A DNA stretch of 57,324 nucleotides, taken from the IMG/VR virus record IMGVR_UViG_2778261526_000005, one strand, 5' to 3'. This DNA comes from a virus (lineage: Duplodnaviria > Heunggongvirae > Uroviricota > Caudoviricetes). The notes under the pieces were generated by a model that was not told the DNA's origin, made no database searches, and was given only the letters and a program-made list of their open reading frames with translations. Of the stretch, positions 52,138 through 57,324 are shown in pieces. Numbering within the stretch: the stretch's first letter is position 1; each line of letters opens with the position of its first letter. The position numbers were made by a program, and so were the translations under genes.

Positions 52138-55044
52138 TCAGCGGTGAACCCCCGTTAACGATGCATACGGCGTCAGGTTCCAGTTACCATCGGTAAATCG
52201 CATCCCGGTTTCAATGTGACCGCCCAGCCCGTTGCTGCGATAACTGCCGTTGGCGGCTCCACCGCTGCCAACCGTGGAGTCGCGAGCTTCGGTACCTGCT
52301 AATACCAATAAATTACCGCCATTTTCCAGCAACATATTGGTCGCTAAATTGCCGGAAATGGAAAAAGTGCCGTACTGGTGAGTACCGCTGATTTCAATAC
52401 CGTTAGCCGTGCTCGTCTGGAGAGCGGCACCGCTGTTCTGGACGATATCTGTCGCTTTGCCATTATCGTTAACTGTCAGCGTACCGCCTTCATTGATCTT
52501 TGTTTTTATTGCCTCTCCGTTAGCTGAAACTGTTTGTATTCCGCCGTCGTTAATCGTTGTCTCATTCGCCACCCCCTCGACGATTTGTTCGCCGCCGGTG
52601 AGCGTCGTGCCTGTCGCAGTGGCTTTTGTTTTGACGATCTCCCGTCCGCCCGTATTGACCTGTGTTTTGTCAGAAGAGGTGTCTGACTCCACGGTTAACA
52701 CGCCGCCATTTGCCAGCAGGATATTGTTCGCCGCACCCTGCTCGATGCTGAACGCGACGCCATCCGCGCGTGTTCCTGTGACCCGCGTCGCCCTGGTGGT
52801 TGCAACCAAAGCGCCCTGGCTACTCTGCTGTATCCCCGTTGCGCTGCCTTTCTCCCGCACATCGAGTGTGCCGCCGTCATTAAGCACCGAGTTTTCAGCC
52901 AGACCGCCCTCATTAACTACCTGTGAACACCCATTAATAATGGAACCTTCCGCTATCCCGTTTGCCATAATTTGTTGTAGGCCAGAGACGATATCGGTAT
53001 TGATCGCCTTACCATAATTCTGAACGGTTTGTGTGCCGCCATTGATGTGCGTTTTGTCAGTTGACCCACCATCAACAATTTGTTCACCACTTTCAATATT
53101 TGCCTCAGTGGCTAAACCATATACCGTTTGCTTGCCACCTTTGATATTTGCTTTATCAGAAGTGGCACTGGCATATATTGTTTGGGTGCCAGCACTATTA
53201 AGTACAGTGCCAACATCTTTTCCATAAACATCCATTTTGCCGTTGGCATTAATAATCGTATCAACTGCCCGGGAACCAGTGACGACTGTTAATGAGCCAG
53301 CGTTTTCCAGCACTACATTTTTAGCTTCTGAATTCCTGATGTAGAAAGCATCACCATAACTGTTGGTTCCTTCGATAAGGGTTCCGGAAGTTGTGGAAGC
53401 AATTAATGCGCCGCCGGATTGTTGCTCAACATGCTTAGCCTCACCACCGTCCTGAACCTCCAGAACGCCACCATTATTAAGTCTGGTGGTATCTGTTTTA
53501 GCCTCCTTCTGGACAATCAGCTTACCGCCAGCATCAACGGTAGTATTTTTCGCCGAGGTTTTAGCCACTACCGTCAGTTCGCCGGTATTTTCCAGCACAA
53601 CATAATTAGCCTCCCCTCCGGTAATAGTGAAGTGAGAGAGCTTGTTGTATCCTTCAATATCAGTCCCTGCGCCCGTGTTGGCAACTAAAGCACTGCCCGT
53701 CTCCTGGTTAACCCCATGTGCAATACCGCCGGTATAGACAATCAGCGAGCCTCCGGCGCTAATATTGCTGCCAATTGCCGTACCATCTTTCTCAACAACT
53801 TGCTGGCTCCCGGAGGATATAATTGTTGTGTCAGCTTTCCCACCGCTTTTGATATTTTGCGTTCCGCTGTTGATATTGGTGCCTGTGGCTATGCCATAAT
53901 TATTAAGATTCTGTGTGCCACCATTAATTATGGTATTTGTCGCGTTTCCTGCAACATCCATAACCCCGCCATTATCTATTCGGGTCGCATCAGCTTTAGC
54001 ATTCGTTAAAACTGACATTGTTCCTTTATCTTTAATAATCGTCTTGTTTGCGGAATGAGATACTTCTAAATGGCCTCCATTTTCCAGCAACACATTGTCT
54101 TCCACTTTATTGTGGATGGAGAATGCACCTTCACTATTCGTACCGCTCACCGTCGTACCGTTAGTGTTTGTTTTTAAAATTGCACCATCGTGCTGGGTAA
54201 CATTTGTTGCCGTACCACCACTAACATCAAGCACGCCACCGGAATAAACTTCAATAACATCCGAGGTGCTGGTGTTATCAACAATTTGCGTGCCACCAGA
54301 ATAGATCTGCGTAATTTTTGCCGTTGACTTACTATTCAGAGACTGAGTTCCGCCTTCAATCGTCGTGTCCAGCGCACGGCTCTCATATACTCTTTGCTCA
54401 CCGCCATTTTTAATGGTTGTTGTTTCTACTGTGCTCTGTTCAACATACTGTCGACCACCATTTATGGTTGTGTTCGTTGCCAGACTTCCTTGTACTACGT
54501 CCTGAGAGCCAGACTTATTTATCGTTGTACCATCAGCATGCCCTTGAACTTTTACTATCTGGCTACCACCATCAATGAGTATTCCATTCGCACTCCCTCC
54601 CTCTACGCGTGAAGCACCGCCCTTAATTGTCGTTCCATTGCTGATACCCCCTTTATAAACGTCCTGATTGCCACTCTCGATTGTCGTACCTGTGGAAATA
54701 CCCCCGTCATGAATTGACTGTCTGCCACCGTTAATGGTTGTATTATTAGCCTGCCCCACAAAATTGTTATGACTTCCTATATCTTGATATCCACCAGATT
54801 CAATAAGACTTCCATTAGATACCCCGCCATGAACATTCTGCTGGCCATGGTTGATAATATGAGTGTTATTTGTTGTACCTCGTTCATCCACTTTTTGGTT
54901 GCCATCTACAGTCTCATCGTTTACCACACCAATAACATCAGGAGTGAAGGCCGCCATACCGGGCGGGGCATATATCAAGGCAGATATCAATAAGGAAAGT
55001 ACTGAGCGGCGACAATAATGGGGACTGGTCCTGTTCATAAATTT
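52138..55044 (-). pseudogene. Autotransporter adhesin passenger domain; beta-barrel translocator disrupted
   Basis: Extended signal peptide, repetitive passenger, junction motif FTDGNWNLTPYASLTG then stop. Confidence 0.5.
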
Positions 55045-55376
55045 CATCCTCTGAAAAGTGAATACTGAGTAGCGTTTAAGCGACCTTAGCTCTGCTGCAA
55101 CATCAGCCCACAGGCACCAGACCAGGGGATTCATCCTGAAGAGACAGCGCAAGTGTATTGTGTTCACCGCTCATCAAAGACATCATGATGAAATGATGAT
55201 ATTCCACATAAGAAAGAAGCATTTTTTAAACGCAGTGCGCTGAAGTATGGTTGGATAAAAAAGTCAATCTATTCAGGGAATACGGGGGTATTCTTTTCTT
55301 TCGACAATCAGGTCGTCGGCAAAATAAAATGATTTACATAATCGTTTCTGATGAATATCTTCTGCTCACATAAAAA

Positions 55377-55616
55377 TCACACAATAACTTTGAGATCGCA
55401 GATTCTTTTACTTTTACAGCATTCGTCCCCCCATTGTTGGGCAAATATAGATTGGGCCAGAGCACGAAAGTTAATACCACGTTTGCACAGCTCCTCCAAC
55501 AGCACGACAAGATGCCACATACTGCGCCCCAGTCGGTTCGGTTTACAGACTACCCGTGCGTCCACCGCCGATAATGTCCTGAGCAGTTTTTTCAGTCCGG
55601 ACCTCCTGCCACGGTT
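55377..55616 (-). pseudogene. Serine recombinase fragment lacking catalytic N-terminus
   Basis: VVCKPNRLGRSMWHLVVLLEELCKRGINFRAL resembles resolvase/invertase core; stop immediately upstream. Confidence 0.55.
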
Positions 55617-55619
55617 TTA

Positions 55620-55690
55620 CGTTGAAGAGGTAACCCTGAGCACGCAGTTCATCAGTCAGGCGTGGTGTACCGTAACCCTATTATTGATGG
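55620..55690 (-). mobile_element. Short IS3-family (IS911-like) transposase fragment
   Basis: Encodes GYGTPRLTDELRAQGYLFNVK, recalled as IS911 OrfB-like; flanked by stops. Confidence 0.3.
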
Positions 55691-55762
55691 GTAAGATCAA
55701 AAAAACTTTCAGGCAGCTAAGGAAAGTTGAACCAGACATTAGAATAAATATTTCAACCAATT

Positions 55763-55785
55763 ACAGCACCAATTCAGACACCGCC
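55763..55785 (+). repeat. Second degenerate ssrA 3'-end-like repeat
   Basis: ttcagacaccgccagctcaacaa shares 17 of 23 positions with ssrA 3' end. Confidence 0.4.
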
Positions 55786-55950
55786 AGCTCAACAAATAAA
55801 TCAAGGGGTTACGTGAAAGCGTAGCCCCTTTTTCTTTGGTAGTGGCAGCAAAATGGTTGTAGTGTAAAAAATAATCCCGTTTAATCAATCAATAATACAT
55901 ATTGTTTCAATCTACGTTATTATCTCTTTGTAAAAAGAGCCATTTATTAA

Positions 55951-57324
55951 TCATTGAAAACTGCTTTTAGAACTTGATACAACGGGACTAGTCACAACAG
56001 GACTATTCTCAACGGGATCATCCTCAGAGGAACTATCATCAAAGTCATCATCCATAAATAAAATATCATCGAATGGTGCCACGCCCGTGATGAGTTTTAT
56101 TTTATTATTACGATCAGTCAAGACTCCACTTAAACCGTTTTCGCTCACAGGTTTTAATGATTTTTCATTACTCTTGTTGTAAGCAGGCGCATTAAAAATA
56201 CACGGAGTATCAAGATCAAACAATGACGTTCCCCAGTTCACATATTGAATATCATAGTTACTGAAGTTCTGTCCAGAAAAGAAGCATCCCTTAAAATCCA
56301 ATCCACCTAAATTATATAAACCATCCTCTTCTTTTTGGAGAGTAATGTTAATTTTGGCTATCTCCCGGACATCATCGCCATTTTTATATTTGAATACCGT
56401 TTCAAGATTTTCCCCACACAGTTTGACTTCTGGAAATAATTTGAAATCAAAGCCTATATTATTATGTATCAACGTAGATGAACAAAAGATGGAGAAAGCT
56501 TGCAGTGCTGAATTATAGCTTTCGATTTTATCCTGAGGCTGCGCTCTTGGTAAAAACTCATAGCAACATTCATAAAAATTAAGTAGAAACTCTGAAGACC
56601 TTCCATTTTTATCAAATAATATCCCCTTGAACTCATTCACAAACGCATCTTTTTTTTCTTGAATATCTATGGGGTGTTCCTTTGACTCTGACAAAGATGA
56701 AATCTCATCTATTTTGTTTTCATATGAATTACGTGATTCCATACAGACATTTGGCGGCGTTTCTAAAATAACACTACGCGTACTACTTGGCTTAAGTAAA
56801 CCAACATGAAAATCACTTTTTCTTATATTATCGAAAAGGTTCTGTTCATTTCTTTTAGCGCATTCAAAAAACTGATCGGCATTATTTTTATTCGATAATT
56901 TTTTAGTTTCAGAAAACACATTTTCATTGTTTTCCAGCTTTAGTTTAATGAGAAGATTTTCCCAGACCTGCTTGCTTAAACATATTACGTCAGGCTCACC
57001 AGAACTAACTAACTCGTGATTATTATTAAAGTGTACGTTGAATACCTTTAAGTTATTTTCACCAACTTCATATTTAATACGTTTTAATTGTTCTCCAGCT
57101 CCCATAATGACAAAGGCGTTGCCTTCTTGATATATACATTCAGACATCATTTTTTGTAAAGTTTCAAGAGCACCGCGATACGTCTCTGATGCAGCTTCCT
57201 TACAAATTAATTTTAAAATACTATGAGCTAGTAGCTCCATGTGTTTAGAAGATTTATTTTCATTATAACTTCCACTACCCAAAACTGCGCTAGCGTTAAA
57301 TCCGTTGCTTTTACTAACTAACAT
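55951..57324 (-). CDS. Hypothetical AT-rich protein, 5' end at window edge
   Basis: Long low-GC ORF with acidic Ser-rich C-terminus. Confidence 0.4.
   Translation of the reverse strand: MLVSKSNGFNASAVLGSGSYNENKSSKHMELLAHSILKLICKEAASETYRGALETLQKMMSECIYQEGNAFVIMGAGEQLKRIKYEVGENNLKVFNVHFNNNHELVSSGEPDVICLSKQVWENLLIKLKLENNENVFSETKKLSNKNNADQFFECAKRNEQNLFDNIRKSDFHVGLLKPSSTRSVILETPPNVCMESRNSYENKIDEISSLSESKEHPIDIQEKKDAFVNEFKGILFDKNGRSSEFLLNFYECCYEFLPRAQPQDKIESYNSALQAFSIFCSSTLIHNNIGFDFKLFPEVKLCGENLETVFKYKNGDDVREIAKINITLQKEEDGLYNLGGLDFKGCFFSGQNFSNYDIQYVNWGTSLFDLDTPCIFNAPAYNKSNEKSLKPVSENGLSGVLTDRNNKIKLITGVAPFDDILFMDDDFDDSSSEDDPVENSPVVTSPVVSSSKSSFQ

Noticed and set aside
52409-54993. Plus-strand ORFs inside the autotransporter passenger region
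   Set aside because: Antisense products of a repetitive gene.

Overview
All calls were made by eye from the sequence and the six-frame track; protein family assignments rest on recalled motifs and family sequences, not on any database search. The window reads as a tandem array of mobile elements at a tmRNA (ssrA)-type integration site. (1) Positions ~1-39165 hold a mosaic temperate prophage, almost entirely on the minus strand: HNH endonuclease, terminase, HK97-type portal/protease/capsid, a Mu-like contractile tail and baseplate, tail fibre with assembly protein, a lambda-like lysis cassette, antiterminator Q, and an early region (RusA, Dam-like methyltransferase, O-like initiator with iterons, Cro/CI switch, HD hydrolase, DUF551, Xis, Int). 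Accessory genes sit at classical moron positions: a Dcm-like C5 methyltransferase divergent from a GIY-YIG protein, a ClpP-like peptidase beside a DNA-invertase pseudogene, a membrane-protein moron at the bor-like locus, an opposite-strand AT-rich two-gene cassette between Q and the holin, and an AbiL-like ATPase plus RloB-like pair beyond int. (2) Positions ~39166-51630 hold a P4/CP4-57-like satellite element bounded by a 30-nt ssrA 3'-end copy: IntA-like integrase, a cargo hotspot with a Hachiman-like pair and one unknown gene, Ogr-like activator, Psu, Sid-like protein, AlpA-like regulator and alpha-type primase. (3) Positions ~51630-57324 hold a decayed remnant: disrupted autotransporter adhesin, serine-recombinase and IS911-like fragments, and an AT-rich unknown gene running to the window edge. 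The best candidate for an undescribed system is the two-gene cassette at 24917-26329 (soluble 313-aa protein plus 4-TM membrane protein), which I could not match to any family I know.
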